A stretch of DNA of 32,000 bases from Geotalea daltonii FRC-32 (GTDB lineage Bacteria > Desulfobacterota > Desulfuromonadia > Geobacterales > Geobacteraceae): contig NC_011979.1 of NCBI RefSeq assembly GCF_000022265.1, positions 1,470,001-1,502,000 on the forward strand. Reading direction: 5' to 3'. How positions within the stretch are numbered: the first letter of the stretch is position 1; every line of letters begins with the position of its first letter. A program made the position numbers and the translations under genes. Below are positions 24,629-32,000 of this stretch, one piece after another. A model generated the notes under the pieces. The model did not search any database. It saw only the letters and a list, made by a program, of their open reading frames with translations, and was not told the origin of the DNA.

Positions 24629-25626
24629 CAATCCTCCGCCATTGCCTGTTTGTCGGCAAGCATCTCGACGAAGCCTTCCAGCCTGATCCTGGTCCGGGCA
24701 TCCAGCCGCGCCGGCTTGTCCCCTTCCAGGGTGAGGATGGGCAAGGACAGCTTCTTGCGTATGACCATGTCTTCTATCTGGCGGAAACAGAAGGACTGGA
24801 CATAATGGATGACGCCGTCCACCTGCCGTTGGGCGATTTCCAGCTGGATGTCGGCAATGCGGTGAAAAATGTCGTAGGGATAGGTATAGCGGCAATACTG
24901 GTCCACGAGGTCTTCGACGTCGTAGGGCATGGCGTACTGCCGTTGCGTTTCATTGAAGACGACCCGCGCCCCGAGCGTTTCCATGAATGGGTAAAGCTCG
25001 CTGAGGATCGGCGGCACCCCCAGGTAGGCGAGTCTTATCTGTCTGCCGAAACTTCGTCGGGCTGCTGCCTCCCCAAGAAAGGCGTCCACTTCCCTCTCGA
25101 AGGCTTCAGGGGCACTGTTGAAATCGGAAGTACAGACCTGGAAGTAGTGATTCTCCTCGCCGGTAACCTTGTTTTCCTGCCAAGTGAGACGGTCTATCTC
25201 CCTGACCTTCCGCCGGATGGCATCGAGACGCTCTTTTGCCGAATTGACCTCAGTCCATCCCACACCGAAGTGGTCCATCAGCTTTTCCATCTCTGCCTTT
25301 AGGGTTTGCGGGTTACGGTCGATTGGATAGGCAAAGGGGACGACCCGGATGCCGGCCATGGAGAGGACCTCCATAAGGGCTTTTGTATAACTGCAGTCTC
25401 CCTCGGTGACGGCAATCATTTCGTCAATGCCGCTTTCCAGGACGGTGGCGTAAATTCCCTTGATCCAGCCGCAGACATTGCGCGGGAAACCGGCAACTTC
25501 GGCCTCTTCAATGAGCTGGCCGCTCCTGTCGCTGGTAATGAAGATATTGTTGAGGTCTACCGGGATTTTTCCTGCAGCTACCAGGATTTCTACGGGTATG
25601 GTTGTGGTAAAACCGACTCGGGACAA
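24628..25626 (-). CDS. 2-hydroxyacyl-CoA dehydratase family (HgdB / double-cubane-cluster-protein-like) protein
   Basis: SRVGFTTTIPVEIL N-terminus typical of the family. Conserved Cys in RNVCGW, EGDCSY and QSFCFR. The proposed TTG start at 25626 lies 10 nt after GGAG and is uncertain. Confidence 0.75.
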   Translation of the reverse strand: MSRVGFTTTIPVEILVAAGKIPVDLNNIFITSDRSGQLIEEAEVAGFPRNVCGWIKGIYATVLESGIDEMIAVTEGDCSYTKALMEVLSMAGIRVVPFAYPIDRNPQTLKAEMEKLMDHFGVGWTEVNSAKERLDAIRRKVREIDRLTWQENKVTGEENHYFQVCTSDFNSAPEAFEREVDAFLGEAAARRSFGRQIRLAYLGVPPILSELYPFMETLGARVVFNETQRQYAMPYDVEDLVDQYCRYTYPYDIFHRIADIQLEIAQRQVDGVIHYVQSFCFRQIEDMVIRKKLSLPILTLEGDKPARLDARTRIRLEGFVEMLADKQAMAED

Positions 25627-25633
25627 GGACAGG

Positions 25634-25975
25634 CTACTCCGTCTTGATGAAAATGAAGTAAATGAGTGCTCCACCGATGGCCAGTCCGCCGAAGGCGAAG
25701 GGGAGAGTGGAGCTGAGGGTGAGCTCGTTGCCGCTGTCGGCAGGGAGCGTGAAGCGGACCAGGAGCATGATGGAGATGGCGGCAAAGAGGGAGGCGAGGA
25801 CGAATTTGGAACGCTTGATCACTGCATAAAAGGCGAGTACCAGGAAGAAGCCGATGATCCAGGGATTCTCCATGGCATTTTTCATGGTCAAGTTCTGAAT
25901 GAAATGAACGATATTGCCGGTTTCGAAGGGAGAGAGGGTTTCCACCGTCTTGTTGAGCAGTTCCTGTTTTTCCAT
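25634..25975 (-). CDS. small integral membrane protein (about 3 TM), hypothetical
   Basis: GGAGAC RBS. Hydrophobic segments WIIGFFLVLAFYAVI, FVLASLFAAISIMLLV and FAFGGLAIGGALIYFIFI. First gene of the minus-strand operon. Confidence 0.65.
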   Translation of the reverse strand: MEKQELLNKTVETLSPFETGNIVHFIQNLTMKNAMENPWIIGFFLVLAFYAVIKRSKFVLASLFAAISIMLLVRFTLPADSGNELTLSSTLPFAFGGLAIGGALIYFIFIKTE

Positions 25976-26068
25976 AGGGTCTCCAATGGTGACAGATTAC
26001 CCGGAATACATAACAGATTTTCTTGGAAAATTAAAGATTTATTGTATTCATAAAGTAAAGCAAATGCC

Positions 26069-26098
26069 TTGACAATGGGGGTATGGCTAAAATACTAT
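26069..26098 (+). promoter_or_regulatory. sigma70-like promoter (-35 TTGACA, 18-nt spacer, -10 TACTAT) upstream of murI
   Basis: Hexamers at 26069-26074 and 26093-26098. Confidence 0.5.
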
Positions 26099-26140
26099 TA
26101 AACGTTTTCATTCATGATAACGGCGGTTTCGGGAGAAAAA

Positions 26141-26992
26141 GTGGCTTGGAAAGCTATCGGCGTATTTGATTCGGGTGTAGGAGGACTGACGGTCCTCAAA
26201 GAAATCATGAAGGTCCTTCCCCAGGAAGACACAATTTACCTCGGTGATACGGCCCGCGTTCCCTATGGGACCAAATCCCCGGAGACCGTTGTCCGTTACT
26301 CGCGCCAGATCACCTCTTTTCTCGTCAGCCGCGACATCAAAATGCTGGTCGTTGCCTGCAATACTGCTTCTGCCGTATCCCTGACCGCATTGAAAAAAGA
26401 GTTTTCCATTCCCATTGTCGGGGTGATCGAGCCTGGCGCCCGGCGTGCCGCCGCCGTTACCCGCAGCGGCAAGGTAGGGGTTATCGGTACGGCAGGAACT
26501 ATCAAAAGCAGCGCCTATGCCAAGGCGATCAAGCGCATCAATCCCGGGATAGAGGTGGTGACCAGGGCCTGTCCGCTGTTCGTACCGCTGGCCGAAGAGG
26601 GGTGGATCGATAACGAAATTGCCCGGCTAACCGCACAAACCTATCTCAAGGGGCTTAAAGAAGAGTCTGTCGACACCCTGGTCCTTGGCTGCACCCATTA
26701 TCCCATTCTCAAGGGGATCATTGCCGAGGTCATGGGCGATGGGGTCACGCTTGTGGACTCTGCCGAGGAAACCGCCTTTACCGTGGCTGAGATACTGGGC
26801 AAAAAGTCGCTGCTGCGTCCTACCTCTGAAAAGGGCAACCACCATTTCTTTGTTACCGATGTTCCGGCCGGATTCATCCGCGTTGGCAGCCGCTTTCTCG
26901 GCGAACGCCTTGGCGATGTATATCAAGTGAACCTGGACGATGAAGCCCATGAAGAGGAGCAGGCCGGTGAAGACAAACAGACAGCCCCGTAA
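26141..26992 (+). CDS. murI: glutamate racemase
   Basis: GVFDSGVGGLTV, LVVACNTAS and GCTHYP motifs. GTG 26141 lies 5 nt after GGGAGA; alternative start ATG 26114. Acidic C-terminal tail. Confidence 0.9.
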   Translation: MAWKAIGVFDSGVGGLTVLKEIMKVLPQEDTIYLGDTARVPYGTKSPETVVRYSRQITSFLVSRDIKMLVVACNTASAVSLTALKKEFSIPIVGVIEPGARRAAAVTRSGKVGVIGTAGTIKSSAYAKAIKRINPGIEVVTRACPLFVPLAEEGWIDNEIARLTAQTYLKGLKEESVDTLVLGCTHYPILKGIIAEVMGDGVTLVDSAEETAFTVAEILGKKSLLRPTSEKGNHHFFVTDVPAGFIRVGSRFLGERLGDVYQVNLDDEAHEEEQAGEDKQTAP

Positions 26993-27536
26993 AGGGATGA
27001 GGTTCATTATCATCGCCTTCCTGGTTTTCGCCGCAATTGTCGGCGCTCTGGTGGCGAAAAAATATCACATCAGCACAAGACCTCAGGTGCCCCCTCCGGC
27101 GGAACAAGCCGGGACTATCCTGGTAACGCTGTTCTTTGCCGATGAAAGTGGGGACGGCTTGGTGCGGGAAGGGCGCGAAATAGAGGCAGGCTCCGATCCT
27201 GCCGAGTCCATAGAGGCTGTTGTCGGTGAGCTGATCAGTGGCCCTGTGGGAGACCATGGACCGGTTTTGCCGGACAGTACCCAGGTGCGCAAGGTTGAAG
27301 TACGGGGAGACCAGGTGACCGTGGATTTCGGCAGGGAATTTTACGACGATCTGCCTGCCGGAAGCTCAGCCGAGATGACGGCCATTTATGCCGTCATCGA
27401 CACCATTGCCGTCAATTTCCCCCAGGTGAAAAAAGTGCTCTTTCTCAAGGAAGGCCAGCAGGTGGAAACCGCAAAGGGGCACCTGGACCTGCGCCAATCC
27501 CTTTCCCCCGACTTCAGCCTGGAAAAAAAACAGTGA
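26940..27536 (+). CDS. GerM-domain membrane-anchored protein
   Basis: TM segment FIIIAFLVFAAIVGALV, then a GerMN-like body (LVTLFFADESGDGLV ... VLFLKEGQQVE). The alternative start ATG 26997 would remove the overlap with murI. Confidence 0.75.
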   Translation: MKPMKRSRPVKTNRQPRKGMRFIIIAFLVFAAIVGALVAKKYHISTRPQVPPPAEQAGTILVTLFFADESGDGLVREGREIEAGSDPAESIEAVVGELISGPVGDHGPVLPDSTQVRKVEVRGDQVTVDFGREFYDDLPAGSSAEMTAIYAVIDTIAVNFPQVKKVLFLKEGQQVETAKGHLDLRQSLSPDFSLEKKQ

Positions 27537-27604
27537 TGGGGCCGGACCGGTACCATGATCGCTGACGGTTTATGCAAATACATTACATTCGAGAGGGTAT
27601 ATCA

Positions 27605-30028
27605 ATGAAACAGCCTTTCTTGCAGTCCATAAAAGACCGGGTGCTGGTGCTGGACGGAGCCATGGGGACCATGCTTCAGCAGCGGGGGCTCAAGGCTGGG
27701 CAATCGCCTGAAGAGCTGAATCTTACCCTGCCGGAGGTGGTGGCAGGGGTTCACCAGGAATATCTTGATGCCGGTGCCGACATCATCGTCACCAATACTT
27801 TCGGCGGCAGCAGGGAAAAGCTCTCCCATTACGGGCTTGAGGGCAAACTGGCAGAAATCAATGCCAGGGGGGTGGAAATTGCCCGCCAGGTTGCCGGGGC
27901 CCGGGCGTACGTAGCTGCCTCCATGGGGCCTACCGGCAAGTTTGTGGAACCGGTAGGTGATATGACCTTCGACCGGATGGCCGCCCAGTTTCGCGAGCAG
28001 GCTGAGGCCCTGGTGGGAGCCGGCGCCGATCTCATCACCCTGGAGACTTTCCTGGACATCAAGGAGATTCGTGCTGCGATCATCGCCATCCGGGAGGTTT
28101 CGGCCGAAATACCCATCATTGCCATGCTTACCTTCGATGATAAGGGCCGCACCGTCCTGGGTACGCCCCCCGAGGCTGCCGCCATAACCCTGGAGGCGGT
28201 GGGTGCCGACATCATCGGCTCCAATTGCGGCCTGGGTGTTGAGGGCATCTATGAAATCCTCTCTGCCATGCGCCGTGTTACCAGCCTCCCCCTGATCTCG
28301 CAGGCCAATGCAGGGCTGCCGGTGCTGAAGGAAGGAAAGACCATTTTCCCGGCCACGCCTGACGAAATGACAGCCTACCATGACCGGATGCTCCAACTGG
28401 GGGTGCGGATCATCGGTGGCTGCTGCGGTACAACTCCCGCCCACATCGGTGCCATGAAGGATGCTCTGGCGGGAAAGAATCAGTCTCTGCCGGACATTGC
28501 TTCCTCAGGGGGAACTACCTGGCTTTCCAGCCGCGGCGGCCATGCTGCCCTCGGCAACGGCCGGCCAGTCGCCATCATCGGCGAGCGGATCAATCCAACC
28601 GGCAAGAAAGCGTTTGCTGCCGAGTTGCGGGAGGGGAAGGTTTCTTACATCCGCCGCGAAGCCATGGAGCAGGTGGTTGCCGGGGCGACACTGCTTGATG
28701 TCAATGTTGGCGCGCCCGGTATCGACGAACCGGCGGCTATGGAACAGGCCGTTTTCTGCGCCGCGGGGGCTGCCTCCGTTCCGCTGGTCCTTGACTCCTC
28801 CAACCCGGAAGCGCTGGAGCGGGGCCTCAAGTCCGCCGACGGCAAGGTGCTGATAAATTCCGTCAATGGCGAAGAGAAGAGCCTGGGGCGCATCCTGCCG
28901 TTGGCGAAAAAATATGGTGCGGCTGTTATCGGTCTCACCCTCGATGAGAACGGTATTCCCGAAACTGCCGAAGCCCGGACCGCCATTGCGGCAAAGATAG
29001 CCAACAGAGCAGTTTCACTGGGGATCAGGAGAAACGATGTGATCATCGACTGTCTGACGCTGGCTGTCAGCGCCGAGCAGAAACGGGCCTTGGAGACCCT
29101 TGAAGCCATCCGCCGGGTCAAGGGACAACTCGGGCTCAGTACGGTGCTCGGCGTGAGCAATATCTCCTTTGGCCTGCCGTGCCGGCCCCTGATATCCTCG
29201 GCCTTTTTCGCCATGGCCATGGAGGCCGGTCTCGATGCCGCTATTATCAACCCGAAGGAACAGGCAATGATGGACGTCTGGCGTTCAGTAATGGTGCTTC
29301 TCAACAGGGATGCCAATGCTGCCACCTATATCGATGCCTATAAAGGAGCAGTTGCGGCAAGCGCCGGGCAGGTTGAGGCCGCCCCCCAGGACATTCGAGG
29401 TATTCTGGCCAGGGCGGTCATTGACGGCGATGTGGAAAATATCGTCGTCCACGTGGAGGCTGCCCTTGCCCAGGGTTTAAGCCCGCTGGAGATCAGCAAC
29501 AATGGCTTATTGCCGGGGTTGGAGGAGGTAGGGCGCCGTTTTGAGAAGAACATTGTCTTTCTTCCCCAGGTAATGCTCTCTGCGGAGACCATGAAGACCG
29601 CTTTTTCCCGGCTGAAGCAGGAAATGCAGGGGATGAAGCTCGAGAGCTCGGGCAGGATACTCATGGCTACCGTGGAAGGGGATATCCATGACATCGGCAA
29701 GAATATTGTCTGCACCCTCCTTGAAAACCACGGTTTTGAAGTCATCGACCTGGGCAAGAATGTTCCTGCGGCACGCATCGTCGCCGAAGCCAAGGCCCAT
29801 GATGTGGATGCGGTCGGCCTTTCCGCCCTGATGACCACGACCATGTCCGAAATGGAGACCGTTGTGCAGCAATTGCGGACGGCGGGAGTGAAAACCTTCA
29901 CCATGGTGGGAGGGGCTGTCCTGACCCAGGATTACGCCATTGAAATCGGTGCGGATATTTATGCCAAGGATGCCATGGAGGCCGTGTCAAAGATCAAGGC
30001 GATAATTGGGAAAATCAAGCGGAGCTGA
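27605..30028 (+). CDS. metH: cobalamin-dependent methionine synthase, short form (Hcy, pterin and B12 domains; no AdoMet reactivation domain)
   Basis: LDGAMGT and GGCCGTTP (Hcy S-methyltransferase domain), a pterin-binding region, and DIHDIGKN (DxHxxG B12 motif). The protein ends about 130 aa after that motif. ATG 27605 has a GAGAGGG RBS. Confidence 0.9.
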   Translation: MKQPFLQSIKDRVLVLDGAMGTMLQQRGLKAGQSPEELNLTLPEVVAGVHQEYLDAGADIIVTNTFGGSREKLSHYGLEGKLAEINARGVEIARQVAGARAYVAASMGPTGKFVEPVGDMTFDRMAAQFREQAEALVGAGADLITLETFLDIKEIRAAIIAIREVSAEIPIIAMLTFDDKGRTVLGTPPEAAAITLEAVGADIIGSNCGLGVEGIYEILSAMRRVTSLPLISQANAGLPVLKEGKTIFPATPDEMTAYHDRMLQLGVRIIGGCCGTTPAHIGAMKDALAGKNQSLPDIASSGGTTWLSSRGGHAALGNGRPVAIIGERINPTGKKAFAAELREGKVSYIRREAMEQVVAGATLLDVNVGAPGIDEPAAMEQAVFCAAGAASVPLVLDSSNPEALERGLKSADGKVLINSVNGEEKSLGRILPLAKKYGAAVIGLTLDENGIPETAEARTAIAAKIANRAVSLGIRRNDVIIDCLTLAVSAEQKRALETLEAIRRVKGQLGLSTVLGVSNISFGLPCRPLISSAFFAMAMEAGLDAAIINPKEQAMMDVWRSVMVLLNRDANAATYIDAYKGAVAASAGQVEAAPQDIRGILARAVIDGDVENIVVHVEAALAQGLSPLEISNNGLLPGLEEVGRRFEKNIVFLPQVMLSAETMKTAFSRLKQEMQGMKLESSGRILMATVEGDIHDIGKNIVCTLLENHGFEVIDLGKNVPAARIVAEAKAHDVDAVGLSALMTTTMSEMETVVQQLRTAGVKTFTMVGGAVLTQDYAIEIGADIYAKDAMEAVSKIKAIIGKIKRS

Positions 30029-30142
30029 AAGGCTTTTCTGAACGATAAACCATTGAGATAAACGCTGTTTTTTACTTGTTGCAACTCTCTGTTGCGTGTG
30101 GTAGTTTGACAACTTGTACGTCATTTGGCGGAGAGCGAAAAA

Positions 30143-30523
30143 ATGGTAGGCGGCTTCAACCATAACATCAAATACAAAGGGGAGATTTTCCATGTCCAGA
30201 CCGAGGACAGCGGCATAGCCAACCCCCACATCATTACCCTCCTTTACCGGGGCGGCACTATTCTCGCCTCAATCAAGACCAGCTACGCAGATATCATCAA
30301 GGTGGACAACCTGGAACAGGTGGTTGAAGACCTGATGAAGGAGCAGCACAAGGACATGATGCGCCGGCTGAAGTCGGCCGAGTTCGACCAGCGCATCTTC
30401 AATAAATCTCCGGATAATGCCGCTCCTGCCCCAGTGCCTGAAAAAAAACCGGCTGCCAATGGGGCTGGCACACAAAGTCTTGATGAAATCATCCTTGATT
30501 ATCTCATTACCGACGATGACTAG
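30143..30523 (+). CDS. conserved hypothetical protein
   Basis: ATG 30143 lies 9 nt after GGAG. MVGGFNHNIKYKGEIFHVQTEDSG... with a low-complexity acidic C-terminus. No recognisable catalytic motif. Confidence 0.6.
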   Translation: MVGGFNHNIKYKGEIFHVQTEDSGIANPHIITLLYRGGTILASIKTSYADIIKVDNLEQVVEDLMKEQHKDMMRRLKSAEFDQRIFNKSPDNAAPAPVPEKKPAANGAGTQSLDEIILDYLITDDD

Positions 30524-30550
30524 CCAATTACCTGAAAGGAAGAGCTTTAC

Positions 30551-31378
30551 GTGAACGATCGCAAAACACAACTGGAAGAACAGGCCAGGCAACTCCGCAT
30601 TTCCATTGTCAGGGCACTGCACAGATCCCAATCCGGCCACACCGGCGGATCCCTGTCAGCCATCGACATGGTCACAGCCCTTTATTTTTACAAGATGCGC
30701 CACAATCCCGCCGAGCCGACCTGGCAGGGGAGGGACCGTTTCGTCCTCAGCAAGGGGCATGCTGCTCCTGCCCTCTATGCGGCGCTTTCCGAAGCGGGGT
30801 ATTTCCCGAAAGAGGATATGATGACGCTGCGCCGCCTTGGCAGCCACCTGCAGGGGCACCCGGACAGCAAGGGGACTCCCGGAGTGGACGTGTGCACCGG
30901 TTCCCTGGGACAGGGCTTGTCAATGGCTAACGGTATGGCCCTTGGCCTTAAAGCCGATGGCAAGGACAACAGGGTCTATGCCATCCTCGGCGACGGTGAA
31001 TTGCAGGAGGGGCAGGTATGGGAAGCGGCAATGGCTGCGGCCCATTACAAGCTGGACAACCTCTGTGCCATGGTCGACGCCAATAACCTGCAGATCGACG
31101 GCGAGGTGAGCCGGGTGATGAACGTTGCCCCGATCACCGACAAATTTCGGGCTTTCGGCTGGCATGTGCTCGATATCGACGGCCATGACATGGGGGCAAT
31201 CATGGAGGCCCTCGATGCTGCCGAAACGGTCAAGGGACAGCCGACGGTAATTGTTGCCCGCACGGTAAAAGGAAAAGGGGTGTCCTTTTTCGAAAACAAG
31301 GCTTCCTATCATGGCGTTCCTCCCAGTGACGAAGAACTGCCGCGGGCGCTGGAATGTCTTGGCAGCTTCTGCGAATAA
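30551..31378 (+). CDS. transketolase, N-terminal (TPP-binding) subunit
   Basis: GTG start. SGHTGGSLS, GSLGQGLS and GDGELQEGQVWEA motifs. Confidence 0.9.
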   Translation: MNDRKTQLEEQARQLRISIVRALHRSQSGHTGGSLSAIDMVTALYFYKMRHNPAEPTWQGRDRFVLSKGHAAPALYAALSEAGYFPKEDMMTLRRLGSHLQGHPDSKGTPGVDVCTGSLGQGLSMANGMALGLKADGKDNRVYAILGDGELQEGQVWEAAMAAAHYKLDNLCAMVDANNLQIDGEVSRVMNVAPITDKFRAFGWHVLDIDGHDMGAIMEALDAAETVKGQPTVIVARTVKGKGVSFFENKASYHGVPPSDEELPRALECLGSFCE

Positions 31379-31415
31379 AGCTTGGATCATAAAAATAGAT
31401 GAGGGGATTTTGCAT

Positions 31416-32000
31416 ATGAGTAAGATGATTGCCACCAGGGATGCATACGGTGAGGTTCTTGCGGAACTGGGCGAGGAAAATAAAGATATAGTTGCCCTGG
31501 ATGCTGATCTTTCCGGTTCGACAAAAACCGGGGTGTTTGCCAAGAAGTTTCCGGAGCGATTCTTCAATATGGGCATTGCCGAAGCGAACATGGTCGGAAC
31601 GGCAGCAGGCCTGGCTGCGGTGGGAAAAATTCCATTTCTTTCCACCTTTGCCATCTTTGCTGCCGGTCGTGGCTGGGAGCAGATTCGCCAGTCAGCCGCT
31701 TATCCGAAGGCCAATGTCAAGGTCGTTGCCACCCACGGCGGCGTTACGGTTGGTGAGGACGGCGGATCCCATCAGTCCATCGAGGACATCGCCATCATGC
31801 GTGCCATTCCCAATATGACAGTGGTAGTCCCTGCCGACGGAGTTGAGACCAAAGGGGCAATCCGGGCGGCAGCCGCTGCCAAAGGGCCTTTCTACATCAG
31901 GCTCGGCCGCAACAAGGTTCAGACCATTTTCCCTGAAGACCATGTTTTCCAGATCGGCAAAGGGAGTGAACTTGCCTCGGGCAGCGACATGACCTTCATC
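31416..32000 (+). CDS. transketolase, C-terminal (pyrimidine-binding) subunit, 3'-truncated by the window edge
   Basis: My own translation from ATG 31416: MSKMIATRDAYGEVLAELGEENKDIVALDADLSGSTKT...FNMGIAEANMVG...GEDGGSHQSIEDIAIMRAIPNM. The frame is open to the end of the window. It is absent from the ORF track because it has no stop. Confidence 0.9.
   Translation, partial: MSKMIATRDAYGEVLAELGEENKDIVALDADLSGSTKTGVFAKKFPERFFNMGIAEANMVGTAAGLAAVGKIPFLSTFAIFAAGRGWEQIRQSAAYPKANVKVVATHGGVTVGEDGGSHQSIEDIAIMRAIPNMTVVVPADGVETKGAIRAAAAAKGPFYIRLGRNKVQTIFPEDHVFQIGKGSELASGSDMTFI

Noticed and set aside
23540-25785. N-terminal extensions of three minus-strand track ORFs (to 23656, 24895 and 25785).
   Set aside because: The extensions are Pro/Ser/Arg-rich, overlap the upstream gene in another frame and precede canonical family N-termini (MTTLNL..., MAVRSSRIGIDLGS..., SRVGFTTTIP...). 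The shorter starts give stop/start coupling.
31492-31818. Track ORF of 108 aa (MPWMLIFPVRQKPGC...).
   Set aside because: It is an off-frame shadow inside the transketolase C-terminal subunit gene, which the track omits because it has no stop in the window.
1-32000. Scan for CRISPR arrays, IS or transposase genes, integrases, tRNA/rRNA genes and toxin-antitoxin pairs as markers of a mobile island around 8.7-22.9 kb.
   Set aside because: None was recognised by eye. The island hypothesis therefore rests on gene content and paralogy, not on mobility signatures. Comparative synteny is needed.

Overview
Gene-dense chromosomal segment that looks like Geobacteraceae (Desulfuromonadales): about 55% GC by eye, many multihaem cytochromes and long-class chemoreceptors.

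(1) 1-7.7 kb is the distal part of an ext-type cluster. It resembles what I recall as extHIJKLMNOPQS / Cbc6 of Geobacter sulfurreducens.
- It encodes a small secreted protein and a 5-haem cytochrome whose frame runs through an in-frame TGA (1529-1531). A SECIS-like hairpin follows, so this is probably selenocysteine; the ORF track splits the gene in two.
- A 3' chemoreceptor gene remnant lies on the opposite strand.
- Next come a 12-haem lipoprotein cytochrome, a 10-haem cytochrome, a Rieske protein, a split cytochrome b (b6-like plus subunit-IV-like) and a 4-haem cytochrome c.

(2) 7.8-8.7 kb holds a small ferredoxin, a 54-aa coiled-coil ORF missing from the ORF track, and a 454-nt hairpin-rich intergenic region.

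(3) 8.7-22.9 kb is the most unusual part.
- A TtrB-like 4x[4Fe-4S] subunit is followed by a Tat-exported 1083-aa TtrA-like molybdopterin oxidoreductase.
- Two orphan PstS-type periplasmic binding proteins each sit directly upstream of a methyl-accepting chemotaxis protein. The two modules converge on a shared bidirectional terminator.
- A second, divergently transcribed 1085-aa TtrA-like paralogue has no Fe-S partner.
- No ABC transporter and no membrane quinol-dehydrogenase subunit is present.
- I propose this is an oxyanion respiration-plus-taxis island.

(4) 22.9-26.0 kb is a translationally coupled minus-strand operon: small membrane protein, HgdB/DCCP-like protein, HgdC-type ATP-dependent activase, membrane-anchored dihaem cytochrome c, and an HExxH protein.

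(5) 26.1-32.0 kb is housekeeping: murI, a GerM-domain protein, a short-form cobalamin methionine synthase, a conserved hypothetical, and a split transketolase (C-terminal subunit runs off the window).

No rRNA, tRNA, CRISPR array or transposase was recognised.
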